A stretch of DNA of 63,641 bases, filler included, from Octopus bimaculoides (GCF_001194135.2; 5 parts of 4 records of this genome joined end to end with filler, not necessarily neighbours in it); one strand, 5' to 3'; numbered from the whole stretch's first letter, positions 24,425-37,148 are shown. The notes: a model not told the origin generated them from the sequence alone. Program-made: numbers and translations.

Positions 24425-25014
24425 NNNNNNNNNNNNNNNNNNNNNNNNNNNNNNNNNNNNNNNNNNNNNNNNNNNNNNNNNNNNNNNNNNNNNNNNNNNN
24501 NNNNNNNNNNNNNNNNNNNNNNNNNNNNNNNNNNNNNNNNNNNNNNNNNNNNNNNNNNNNNNNNNNNNNNNNNNNNNNNNNNNNNNNNNNNNNNNNNNNN
24601 NNNNNNNNNNNNNNNNNNNNNNNNNNNNNNNNNNNNNNNNNNNNNNNNNNNNNNNNNNNNNNNNNNNNNNNNNNNNNNNNNNNNNNNNNNNNNNNNNNNN
24701 NNNNNNNNNNNNNNNNNNNNNNNNNNNNNNNNNNNNNNNNNNNNNNNNNNNNNNNNNNNNNNNNNNNNNNNNNNNNNNNNNNNNNNNNNNNNNNNNNNNN
24801 NNNNNNNACGAAACACCTGTGTTAGAATGGGGGTAGCTGATGAAGGAAGATGTTCTCTATGTGGCCTGTGTGTTTTCTGTACTCTGGTTATTATTATGTT
24901 TTTGTCTACGTTTTGTTTGCAACGTCCTGTACCCAGATATGTACCTATATATACAGGTAGATGAAGGTATGCACATACTTGTACGTATATATGCATATAC
25001 TCATTTATTATTTG

Positions 25015-25056
<42 letters not shown>

Positions 25057-25247
25057 AATATTGGTATCCAGAAGACCCAAGGTGGCAGGTAAGGCTATGG
25101 AAGGACCGTCGTTAGACTCTCGGTTCGGTAATAATACGAGTGAGGAGTTTGATGTGTGTCTTGTGTGAGTATGTATATGTTAAGTAAAACGAGACAAGAC
25201 CAAAAGGCTGTGTGGAATTTATAGGACATTTATGAAGAGAAAGTTAG

Positions 25248-25296
25248 TATTTCAGCTGTTCCTGGGATATGAGGGATATCCCTTCATCAGAGACAA
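25248..25296 (-). ncRNA. Degenerate type-I hammerhead ribozyme relic
   Basis: Minus strand GTCT-CTGATGA-A-GGGATAT-CCCTC-ATATCCC-A-GGAAC-AGCT-GAA: perfect 7-bp stem II and palindromic AGCT, but GAAAC and the cleavage triplet are mutated. Confidence 0.45.
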
Positions 25297-25977
25297 TATG
25301 AGAGAGTTAACTAGAGGGAGTTGTTTTGGAAAAGGATGGATATAGGAAGTATTAAGGAAAATAAGAGAATAAACAAAAATAAAAGTAAAAATATAAGTAG
25401 GATGTGTTTTTAGTTTTATTTTTGTTCTCATATTTCCCTTTCTACTTCCTGTATTCATCCTTCCTATATTCATAGAATAAATACTAAACTTACAAAGTCC
25501 TGGGGTCGATTTATTCGACTAAAGATGGCTCCAGCATAGCCGCGGTCAAATGAGTGAAACAAGTAAAAGTATGTGTATATATACACACGTGTGTGTGTGT
25601 GTATGTGGAACGCAACTCATACTAAATTAGTATTAGCAAGTACGTTTTATACATACATATATATATATAAAGACAACAACATTGTTGACAGTGACATCGA
25701 AACTTAAGCCCCCAGTGACGATGGCTCAACTTGAAACTTCGAAGTCATTTGCAATAATAACCTTGTTTAACTATATTTATTCTTTTACTCTTTCACGTGT
25801 TTGTCATTTGACTGCCGCCATGCTGGAGCACCGCCTGTAGTCGAACAAATCCATCTCAAGACTTATTCTTTGTAAGCCTAGTACTTATTCTATCGGTCTC
25901 ATTTACCAAACCGCTAAGTTACAGGGACATAAACACACAGGAAAACTATTTTTATTATAATTGAACATGAATATTAT

Positions 25978-26077
25978 NNNNNNNNNNNNNNNNNNNNNNN
26001 NNNNNNNNNNNNNNNNNNNNNTTAATTAATTAANNNNNNNNNNNNNNNNNNNNNNNNNNNNNNNNNNNNNNNNNNNN
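25978..26077. other. Artificial joining linker
   Basis: TTAATTAATTAA at 26022-26033 with 44 N on each side. Confidence 0.95.
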
Positions 26078-26505
26078 AAAGAAGCCCGTCGTATACATAT
26101 ATATATGCATATATTTGTATGTATGTGCCTGTTTTGGTGTCTTTGCTTGTCTCCCTGCCATTGCTTGACAACCGATATTGGCGTGTTTACGTCCCTGTCA
26201 ACTAGCGGTTTGGCAAAAGAGAGCGATAGAAAAAGTACTTGGCTTACATAGAATAAGTCCTGGGGTCGATTTGTTCGACTAAAGGTGGTGCTCCAGTATG
26301 GCCGCTGTCAAACAAGTGAAAGAAGTAAAACAATAAATGACTACAGGACGGGCTTCTTTCAGTTTCTGTTAAGCAAATCCATTCTGAAGATTTTGATCAG
26401 CCCGAGGCCGGTAGAAAACACTTGCTCAAGGTGTCATGAAGTGCGACTGAATCCGGAACCATGTGATTGGGAAGCAAACCTCTTAACACATAGCCACACG
26501 TGCAT
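26078..26505. mobile_element. Tail-to-tail SINE family B pair (+ copy 26078-26330, - copy 26345-26505)
   Basis: AAAGAAGCCCGTCG..GTCGATTTGTTCGACTAAAGG followed by reverse-complement head blocks. Confidence 0.75.
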
Positions 26506-26753
26506 AAATATATGTATATATATACGCGTGCATGCATCTATGTATAGATACATGCACAAAAATACCGCATGGAAATATGAATAAAATATTAAAATGAACA
26601 TTTAGCTTCTTATAAATTATACAAAATTAAACTTAACATAGCCAGCTTTAGAATTTCTAACAAAAAATAACAATCACATAAAATAACACAATGAAAGATA
26701 TCTAGCTTATCTAAGTGTGTTCTTAGAAAAGTATAGCTCTTAAATAGATGTGC

Positions 26754-26788
<35 letters not shown>

Positions 26789-28157
26789 TGGCAATAAGAA
26801 TAAGATAATGAAGAAAAAGAAGAAAAACAAGAAGCAAAAGAATTACAGCCATAATATAGATGTAGACATGCATGTGTGTGTGTGTTTCTATATGTAAATA
26901 AGTGTATAAATGATACCTTTACATGTTATGTATGTATGAATGTATATATACCGCTGTGTATATAGACCTACGTATGTTTATATGTATACTTTCATGAATG
27001 TACGCAGATATGTATATAGCTATGTAGGTATGCAATTATATAAACCATGCGAAATTATTGATGCTGTATATTTCCTGTACAAAGACACACATACTGCTAA
27101 ACGTGAATTTTTTTTTTCATATTTATGTCATCGTTGAGTAAGTATACATATGAATTAAAATAATATAATTTAAATATTTTATAGAATGAAGGAAGTGGTG
27201 ATAATAAATTTACAAGTATTCATGAAATTTATAGAAAAATAACATAAGTATATCGCTGTCATCGCTTTTGTTAAAGCCTTACCGATGACAAAAGCAAGTT
27301 GAAAATAAATTGAACGGTAGTGCAGGTGGTGATACGATGATGTATATGGTAGTGTAGGGTAGGTAGTGGTATTTTTTTTTTTTGTTTTGGTGGTGATAAT
27401 GTTGTATGATGAGGATGATAATGATGGTAATGAGGAAGCTTAGGTTGAACATGTTATATAGTAGTGCAGATGACTATTAAATTGTATATTCTTGTGTGTC
27501 ATTATTGTTGTTCTTGTTAAAATTGTCGATACAATAAATATGAATGAAGAACTGGGTCCGAGTAAGATGAGCCCGTCAATATTGCTCTCATATACTACGT
27601 TCTCTCGATACCTAGTTTTAAGTCTACTTATTGTAAGATCTTCTCGTTTTCCTTACCATTGGCTTATTGATATGCTGGGCAAACTACATCGCTCAGCATA
27701 TACCTTCTCACAGTACCTTTCACTCCCAACGTTGTGAGTATGGCTTTGTCTTTTCAAGAAATCTATACTTTCTGAATTGCACGGGTATTCATGATGTCTG
27801 TTACACTTTCCACACTTTCTCCACACAACCTACACTTAATTCTTTCATCTGTGTTATACATATTCTTTATCGAGTTTGTATTTAGTGCTTGATCTTCAGT
27901 AGCCTCCGACAAACTTCCACTTTCTCATACGATCACCTTTTCTCACCACTCCTATAATGATTCTGTTTTTACTCCTTTCATCTGTCTTTAGAATTGACCA
28001 TGTAATTCAATATCTTCGTACTCAATTGCTTAGCTACCAACCGTCCTCTGTAATTTTCTTTTTTTCTGCTATATTGACTATATAAGCCTCTGCTTTTGAC
28101 AACATACCTTAAAAGTTCTTATCTACTACAACATTCGTGCAATATTTCACACTTATT

Positions 28158-28375
28158 AAGGTGGCGAGCTGGCAGAATCCTTAGCACGCCGGGCGAAATG
28201 CTTTATGGTTTTTCGTCTGCCGCTACATTGTGAGTTCAAATTCCGCCGAGGTCGACTTTGCCTTTCATCCCTTCGTGGTCGATAATTTAAGTACAAGTTA
28301 CGTACTGATGTAGATCTGATCGACTGGCGGCACTCTCCCTCGAAACTTCAGGCTTTGTGCTTATAAAAGAAATGA
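28158..28375 (+). mobile_element. SINE family A (tail-2) inserted in the Dong LINE
   Basis: GGTGGCGAGCTGGCAGAATCC..CAGGCTTTGTGCTTATAAAAGAA; LINE homology resumes on both sides. Confidence 0.85.
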
Positions 28376-29669
28376 ATATTTCACGCTTATATGTCCATGT
28401 CCTCCTATCTGCCTTGGTGGATATAGGCTTATAACGTTTGCTTTTGGATTCATTGCACCATTACCAAACAGTTTTTTAAATGTTAACCTAAACAACTTCT
28501 GTATCTCAGTTGCAAATTCAAAATTGCCGCACTATATCTATCAGCCTAGACTTCATTGTAGTAATCAAGTTCTTCCCATTCCATTTCTTTTTCCAGAAAC
28601 ATCTGTAACTTGCTTATGGAGGATCCCTTCACATTTACTTTTGTCTTCTCATTTAGAACTTTGACCAGCTCCAAAATGCAAATATTGTACTCAATCTCCT
28701 CAGAGTCACCAGTTGTCTTCATTTTAAACAATGAAATCCCACTACTGCTTACACTCTTATCTTTCATCATAGTCAGCGTGGCACGTCTTGCAAACCCAAA
28801 CTCCATCCTAATATCTTTAGGGCATCAGAGAATCTTTGCAGCCAGAATCCTTGGATCGTTTCGGTCCAGGAGATATTCAGTTTAGCATTTTTCTAACTCG
28901 CTTTTAAACATCTTTTAACATTCTTCTCCGTCTCTGTTGCGGTACATTAGATAACTCATCCTCAGCTTCTCTTAGCCATCTCGTATTCTCGTTATGCTCT
29001 TTTGCAACCATCGATAAATTTGACCAAAATTGTATAAATTCTCAGCATTTGATACAACATTAGGATTACTAACAGTGCTCTAAAGTACATCTTTTGATTT
29101 GCAGTGGGCAGTCTGTTGTTCTCGTATTGTTCTTTCTAATTCTATAGTGCCAAACCTGATTAGATTTTACTTTGATTTACTCTTTCACTTCATGTATTAA
29201 TACCTTCAAAACTTGCAACTATATTTTGTAACTCATATCCATATGCCTTTTCTCTCCTACTTTGGTAATCCATCCATTTTACCTCAGCCTTTTCTGAATT
29301 GAGTTTCATCACCTTCCAAACTTCTCGTCGACCCAATTCCTTACATTTCTTCCTTTCTGTTTGCATGATACCAAAACCGCCTCCCACCGCCAACCAGAAG
29401 ACGTACAGCGCTAAGTAATATTCGCAAGTCGGTGATACCATTTGTTACTATCAACATCATTGTATGGTTAACGTTTGCTGTTTCACTTATTCTACTTTTC
29501 TCCATATTCTGAATATTCAGTGGTCTCTTCTTGAACCTAAGATCATGAAAAAAACCTTTCAATGTTTTCATATTCAATCTTGTTTCTTCCTCTTCTTTAT
29601 TGCATTCGAATTTCTAATTCCCACATCATCATTCATTTGATATTCTACTCCCTTCTTATTTAGTTATTC

Positions 29670-30390
29670 TTTTACTCTTTTACTTTTTTATTTGTTTAAG
29701 TCATTTGACTGCGGCCTTGCTGGAGCACCGCCTTTAGTCGAGCAAATCGACCCCAGGACTTATTTTTTGGAAGCCTAGTCCTTATTCTATCGGTGTCTTT
29801 TGCCGAACTTGTAAGTTACGGGGACATAAGCACATCACCATCGGTTGTCAAGCGATGGTGGGGAGACAAACACAGACACACAAACATATATATATATACA
29901 CACAAACAAACACACACACACATGTATATANNNNNNNNNNNNNNNNNNNNNNNNNNNNNNNNNNNNNNNNNNNNNNNNNNNNNNNNNNNNNNNNNNNNNN
30001 NNNNNNNNNNNNNNNNNNNNNNNNNNNNNNNNNNNNNNNNNNNNNNNNNNNNNNNNNNNNNNNNNNNNNNNNNNNNNNNNNNNNNNNNNNNNNNNNNNNN
30101 NNNNNNNNNNNNNNNNNNNNNNNNNNNNNNNNNNNNNNNNNNNNNNNNNNNNNNNNNNNNNNNNNNNNNNNNNNNNNNNNNNNNNNNNNNNNNNNNNNNN
30201 ATATATATATATATATATACATACATACATACATATATACGACGAGCTTCTTTCAGTTTCCGTCTACCAAATCCACTCAAAAGGCTTTGGTCGGCCCGAG
30301 GCTATAGTAGAAGACACTTGCCCAAGGTGCCATGCAGTGGGAATGAACCCTGAACCATGTGGTTGGAAAGCAGGCTACTTACCACACAGC
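29670..30390 (-). mobile_element. SINE family B (spanning an N gap) inserted in the 5' part of the Dong LINE
   Basis: 3' end TACTCTTTTAC..TGACTGCGGCC and head CTTACCACACAGCCACTCCTGC. Confidence 0.85.
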
Positions 30391-30719
30391 CACTCCTGCA
30401 CCTGTTGTTCATCATTTTCTGCATTATCATCATCTTGGTTGGCAAACTTTTCCTTAGTTATGTCACTTCCATTGTGAGATCTTTGTTCCCCATTCTCCAC
30501 ACTAATCTTGTCTAAGCTTCAATATTATTAACAGTCATGCTTTGTACTTGAACTTCTCTTCTTCAACGTTGGTGAACGAATTACTGCGGCGTCTGATTTT
30601 TCTTATTCGTCCCATAAAATTGAACACATGAATTTTCAAATATTCCGAATCTATTGCAATGCTGAAGTATCCATAGTAGCGGAAGAGATAAGCGAATCAC
30701 AGCGAAAGACAATCAATTA

Positions 30720-32928
30720 AAACGGATAAAGGAACGACAAGTTTACCAACCTCTGGTTTAAAATATTTAAATTGCATATACAGATGCTCGCAGTGAAATT
30801 CAAAGAAATACTGAAGGAGCCAGAGAAAGCACCTGAATAGCTCACTGTAGGGACAAGCATCCCAATACTCCAAAATATCTAAACCACAATCACACAAAAC
30901 TGCAGGCCCAAAACATGCCAATCCACAACATAGAAAGCCTTCCTAAATTGTAAAATTATCCCACAGAGCGGCCAGAAATCCAGAAGAAAACTGTCTGATT
31001 CCAGAAGAGCAGAAGAGATGTTCTGCTGCAAAGGTTCATATGGCACATGCGATCAGTTATTGACCAAAAAATCATAACTGAGTGTACCGAAAGAAAAAAA
31101 AAGGATCTAAGCATGGTTTACGCTGACTGCAGTGATTCTTTTGTCAGTGTCACTCGACTCCCAAGCATATGCACATGGATACCTGGAATCTCTAGCCAAT
31201 GAAAAGTAGCATTACAGTACATAAAATACGCGATGAGTAAATGGCAAACAGTTCTACAGCTACAGACAAAATACGCAATTATGAAAATTAAAGCCTTGTT
31301 CATCTGAAGTATATTCCAAGGAAACTAGCTCTCTCCACTCCTTTTGTGTCTAGCATTAAACGACATGCTAAAGAGAACTGAACGTGGATGTAACTGCTAT
31401 GGTAAAGCAATCAACCATTTCTTGTATATGGGTGATCTCAAATACTATTCTGCAAATAGAGTATAGCTGGAAACATTGAGACAGACAGTGCATGGATTCT
31501 TGAAAGATATTAATTTGTGATTAAGACTATAAAAATGTGCCAAGACAAAGTTGAAAGGAGGAAAATTAAGCAAGGATAAAAATATCATATTAGATACAGA
31601 AAATGAAATGAGGACTAGATTAAATAAATACTTAGGAATCAATTAACAAGATAGGGGGCATCATGCTTAAACGAAAGAGAAGATAAGGAAGGAAAATTAT
31701 AAACAAATTAAATAAGTATATAAAACAAAGCTCAATGCAAAATATCAGAAAAATATGATAGGTATCAATACTTTAGTTGCCTAAGTTATAATTTACAATT
31801 ACAATATTCTTAAGTGAAGACTGAAGGATATAGCGAAGCCAGATAGGAAAGAATGAAAAATAATGGCAGGATTAGATTACAACACTCAAAATCATATATA
31901 AAGGGGTCATATATTGAATGAAGCGAAGGTGGCAGAAGCCTTATACAACTTGAAAACTCCTATAAAATATCCATTACAAAAGTATCTAATTCAGAATCAT
32001 GAACAACTGATACAAATAGCTACGAAGCAAGAGCAAAAAACAAACAAGAACAAAAATAGTTTGCCATCTTCGACTAGCTGAAAAATACAAGGAATATATT
32101 ATAATACCTGGAAATTGTAAAAGAAATAACAAAAGATGTAATGCAACCAAAATCTAAGCTAAAGCTGGAAGTACAAATGCCATGGTAGAAAGCTTTGTAA
32201 AAGAGCCCTTTCATGGCCAATTGTGAGATAAAGTAAACAGAAAAGAGATAGACATAGTGATGTCCTAATACTTGTTGAGAATGGCAGGTATCTAACTAGA
32301 GAACACAAAACACATAATGAAGTAAACATAGCTGTAAAATATATAGCGTTCGAGAAGAGAAAAATAAATCATATTGACTCTCGTAAACAGGTCTTGGTCA
32401 TGAATGCATATAACAAGCATGACATAGTTGCCGTTATAAACACTGGAAGATGTAAGCAAACTGGAATGAGAACGAAATAAACCTGGATTAGGTACACTCC
32501 AGTGAAGGTTTCAGAAAACGATGTAGTAAACACTCTGTGATATATAAAATATCACAGTAGGAAGATCAAGTTTAGAATCCAGATATTGTTGTCAGGGACA
32601 ATCAAGTAAAAAAGTTTCTTGTAATCTATATATCAATCACAGTAGTAAAATTGAAACAACCGGAATGTTGAACCTGAACAACAAACATGGAAAGAAGTAC
32701 ATAAATAAAACGCCAGGACTTAGAATATACATAAAATACAGAAAATAGCACAAGTAGGTACCACAAACATCTTACGTAGAACATTTTCAGAACAGTAAAA
32801 AAAAAAAAAAAAAAACACTACATACCCAACGTGTTCGCAGAGCTGCCTTCAGTGTCGTAGAGAAGGCATTCGATTAATATAACAGTACTGAATGATGATG
32901 ATGATAATAATAATAATAATAATAATAA
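30720..32928 (+). mobile_element. R4/Dong-clade LINE relic, 3' portion (RT to restriction-like endonuclease) ending in (TAA)n
   Basis: IPEEQK..GSYGTCDQLL, IFQGN*LSPLLLCLAL, INHFLYMGDLKYYS, and later PDIVVRDNQVKKFLVIYISI (RLE-like); ends in (TGA)n(TAA)n at about 32892-32928. Heavily degenerate. Confidence 0.75.
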
Positions 32929-33028
32929 NNNNNNNNNNNNNNNNNNNNNNNNNNNNNNNNNNNNNNNNNNNNTTAATTAATTAANNNNNNNNNNNNNNNN
33001 NNNNNNNNNNNNNNNNNNNNNNNNNNNN
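32929..33028. other. Artificial joining linker
   Basis: TTAATTAATTAA at 32973-32984 with 44 N on each side. Confidence 0.95.
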
Positions 33029-33049
33029 TATATATTTATTATATACATA

Positions 33050-33260
33050 TAGCACGTCGGGCGAAATGTTTAGCGGTATTTCATCTGCCGTTACGTTCTG
33101 AGTTCAAATTCCGCCGAGGTCGACTTTACCTTTCATCCTTTCGGGGTCGATAAATTAAGTACCAGTTACGAACTGGGGTCGATGTAATCGACTTAATCCC
33201 TTTGTCTGTCCTTGTTTGTCCCCTCTATGTTTAGCCCCTTGTGAGCAATAAAGAAATAAG
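33050..33260 (+). mobile_element. SINE family A (tail-1)
   Basis: Near-consensus ..CTGAGTTCAAATTCCGCCGAGGTCGAC..TTTAGCCCCTTGTGAGCAATAAAGAAATA. Confidence 0.9.
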
Positions 33261-33814
33261 AAACTGTGCTGAAGCCAATCTGTGTGTGCGTAAGTAAGTG
33301 TTTGAGCATGTGTGAAAGCATGTGTTTGTGCATACATGTGTCTGTATCTATATGTTGGCGTATATGTGTCTCTGTGTCCGTGTCAGTGTTTAGGTTTAAC
33401 AACGTAAATAGGTGTACTGAGTTGAATCTCTTTTATTCCCAAAGTTTCAGTTAGTGATTTGATAAATATAAATCAATAAAGGAATCTCCATACAGAATAA
33501 AGTACTTGGGTCAAAATGATTAACTAAAACCTATGAAGGCAGTAACTCAAGATAACTGCAGTACAATGAAAAGACCAGAAAGAAAAAAAAAATCAGAAAG
33601 ATGTATAATAGGGTTGTGTAGTCGGTGTTTTTAAAGCGTCTCAGCATTTACAATAGCCCAACTGTTCAGCTTCTCTTTCTCTATATCTTTCTGATCTTTC
33701 TTCTTTCTGTCTGTCATCCAACGATGTTTAATTCCATGTTGGCGGATTTTCTAATGTTCTTTTTTTTTATATATATATTTCATTGCCTATTTTAGAATCA
33801 TGTAGCGATTCATT

Positions 33815-33959
<145 letters not shown>

Positions 33960-33994
33960 TTATTACAAAATAATAATAGTAATATTATATTGTG

Positions 33995-34500
33995 CGGTAC
34001 TGATGAGGGTGGTAGGTTGGCAAAATCGTTGGGGGTGGGCGTCGAACAACATGGCTGGCGATATTAATTTCGATTCTTAAACTCCTGTCTAGTTCAACTT
34101 TATTTTTTATCCTTCTGGGGTCATAAAAATTATGTACCAACCAAGTACTGGGTTCGATTTAATCGACTAAACCCTTTTTCGCCACCTCACCCCCACTAAT
34201 TTGGGGGCCTTGTAACTACGTAAGAAATTATTATTTAGAACCAACGTCTTACATCGTTGAACAAATGTTTCTCTATGTGTAAAGACGACGAGCTGGCAGA
34301 ATCGTTAACACGCCGAGCAAAATGCCTAGCAGCATTTTGTCCATCTTTACGTTCTGAGTTCGAATTCTGCCGAGGTCGATTTTGCTGTCCATCGTTCCGA
34401 GGCGATGAAATAAGTACCAGTTGAGTACTAGGGACGATGAAATAGACTTACCCCTTCCCCAAAATTTCAGGCTTTGTGCCTTGTAGTAGAAAAGAATTAC
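33995..34500 (+). mobile_element. Two SINE family A copies (tail-2)
   Basis: GGGTTCGATTTAATCGACT relic, then GACGAGCTGGCAGAATCGTT..CAGGCTTTGTGCC. Confidence 0.75.
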
Positions 34501-35065
34501 CCTGTAAGTGTGTGTGGGTGTGTGTATCACGATGCAGTTGTTTTAGTCCCTCAGCACAATCTCAGATCAAATCGCTAACGAAACAAGTGCAACACAAAAA
34601 TTTATAAACAGTAGAACGTAAATAAATAAATAAATGAAAATAATAATAATAATAATAATAAAACGGAAAGAGAAAAAAACGAATAGAAATACAACTGCAA
34701 CAACAAACAAGAGTTTAAAAATAAAATTAATCTATGAGAAAAAAATAGCTAGAAATTATAAACATAATACGAAACTTTTACGACCAAATAAAATAAAATG
34801 TCGTTTGACTATCAAGCGAAACATTATTCTCACCATGTTTTTATCTTATCTTGTTATCTTCTGAAATGCCGAGAAGTTAGAAAATATTCCCTAAGGATTG
34901 ATAGTTGCTGTTAGATTTCCTTCTTTCACAGTATGTGCCAACATTTAGTCATCATTAATTTCCTCGGCGAGGAACCAGTAGATCTTATATTATCACGGTC
35001 CTCATCTCTCTCTATATATATCTATCTTTTTTTTTTCTTTCTTTCTTTCTTTCTCTCTCTCTCTG

Positions 35066-35133
<68 letters not shown>

Positions 35134-35389
35134 GCAGACACACACACACTTCTTCACACCAAGCGTTAGATACTCAGATAATGAAAAGAAAAGAGGGGAA
35201 ACAGAAATAATAAAATAAGGAGAAATAGAGAGACAAATGAAGAAAAGAAAATAAGGTCGTGCGTGAAGGAGCGACAAAGACCGAGAAATAAGGGGTCAAG
35301 GATAGCCATGGATAAGTATATATTTATATTCAATCTCTACTGCGATAGAATAAAGTTGTTTTTGTTTTTTTTCTTTTTCTTGGTCGAAG

Positions 35390-35503
35390 GTATCTATCAA
35401 CTAGTGATCCTTCTTCAAGCAATAATAATGGATACTGTGGCATTTGAGACGAAGATAATTAGTAGCAGTAGTGTTAAAGAATTCAATTAGGAATGGAAAC
35501 CAG
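35390..35503 (+). pseudogene. Candidate 114-nt phase-1/1 exon with a hydrophobic stretch and one in-frame TAG
   Basis: Long pyrimidine tract + AAG acceptor; CAG|GTAACT donor; reads GIYQLVILLQAIIMDTVAFETKIISSSSVKEFN*EWKP. Confidence 0.3.
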
Positions 35504-36239
35504 GTAACTAATTCGATTCTTCACTGTAGTTCCAGACTCAAACTACTCCGTTTGTTTCACGTTGAGGAGTATGTCACTTACCTCTAGAGTAACACAGGCC
35601 AACAACCACCAGATGTCCAATCCAGGTGGAACTCTATCTTAACACAACAGGTCCTTCTCCCTAAATATGGTAGGTAGAGAGTTAGTTCCCTGTCGCGTAT
35701 GGGAGCTATGGAGTGCTTCAGCATCCCAGCAAAAGATTGCCTGACCGTGGACGCATCCTACCACTCACTTTATTGTCGTTATTCTTGTTGTTGCTGCAGC
35801 TGTTGGTATCGTTGTTGTCATTGTTGCTGCTGTTGTTGATGTTGTCCTTGTTATTGCTGTTGTTGCTCTCGCTTTTGATCTCGTTGATACATATGTTGTG
35901 TTGTTATTGTTGATGTTGCTGTTGTACTCATATAGATTTTGTCTTCTAAGCCTTGTAGTGGTATGAGGAGATTTTCCCGCAACCTTCTCATTGAATCCAT
36001 TAGTGGGCGTCGTTTCCAAAAAGAAGAAAGTAAATAAATATTATGAAAATTGTACCCTTTAAGAAATAATATGGCAATTCCCTTCTCCACCCAGTAAAGT
36101 AGGGGTCCTTATTTAAAGTTCTCTCTAACTTTTGGGACAAGACCAGCAGTCTTGAGAAGAAGGAGAAGCATTTAAACACAGAACGTAAAAACGGATTACT
36201 GCTGTTAAGCACTTCTGTCAAACGTACTAATAATTCTAC

Positions 36240-36657
36240 AAGATAACCAATAATAATGTTTAATAATAATGATAATCTTTTCTAATATAGACACAGGTCT
36301 GAAATTTTTAGAAGACTGTGCTAGTTGATTACAGTACTCAACTGGTACTTATTTTATTGACCTCTGTGAGGTTTGAACTTAGAATGTAAAGCCGGAAAAA
36401 ATGCTGTTAAGCATTTTGTCCGATGCGGCAATGATTCTGCTGGCTTTCCGCCTTAAGTAGTAATAAAAATAATAATAATGGTCTCAAATTTGATGGGTAG
36501 AGGGTTAGTCAGTGCGCAACTGATACTAATTTTATTGGATGAAAGGTGAAGTTGACCTCGACGAGACTTGAACTGAGAATATAACGAACCGGAAAAATGG
36601 TGCTAAGTACCGACGCGGTAATGATCCTACCATATCGCCACCTTCGTCATAATGATG

Positions 36658-36728
<71 letters not shown>

Positions 36729-37068
36729 CCTTTCTATTAAAGGCACAAGACCTGAAATTTGTGGAAAGGGGACTAGTCGATTACATTGACCCCAGTGTTT
36801 CACTGGTACTTAATTTATCGACTCCGAAAGGATGAAAGGCAATATTAATTTTTTCTACTACAGGCACAAGGCCTGATGTTTTGTTGGAGGGGAAGTCGAT
36901 TACATCGACCCCAGTGCTCAACTGGTACTTATTTTATCGACCCCGAAAGGATGAAAAGCAAAGTCGACCTCGGCGAAATTTGAACTCAGAAAGTAAGGCC
37001 AGATGAAATTCCACTAAGCATTTTGTCCTGTGCGGTAACGATTCTGCCAGCTCACTGCCTTAATCTTC

Positions 37069-37148
<80 letters not shown>
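36240..37148 (-). mobile_element. Tandem array of four SINE family A copies separated by (TAA)n-rich tracts
   Basis: Copies at about 36265-36460, 36470-36650, 36725-36845 and 36855-37065, all on the minus strand. Confidence 0.8.

Larger units (their letters stand above)
27520..30620 (-). mobile_element. R4/Dong-clade LINE relic with RT core deleted, interrupted by two SINEs
   Basis: N-terminal region (SETANVNHTM..TNGITD), RKMLN*ISPGP/IQGFWLQRF fused to DIRMEFG, GAMNPKANVISLYPPRQIGGHG, and EDQALNTNSIK..KCRLCGESVESVTDI (zinc-knuckle region). SINEs at about 28158-28375 and 29670-30390. Ends approximate. Confidence 0.75.

Noticed and set aside
32760-32928. Dong LINE 3' end as the source of the SINE family A tail-2
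   Set aside because: No sequence similarity seen, and the trinucleotide tails are on opposite strands ((TAA)n versus (ATT)n).
35575-35760. Minus-strand GAG|GTAAGT donor with an upstream GC-richer block
   Set aside because: Every frame stops before the donor and there is no pyrimidine-rich acceptor; probably an unclassified repeat.
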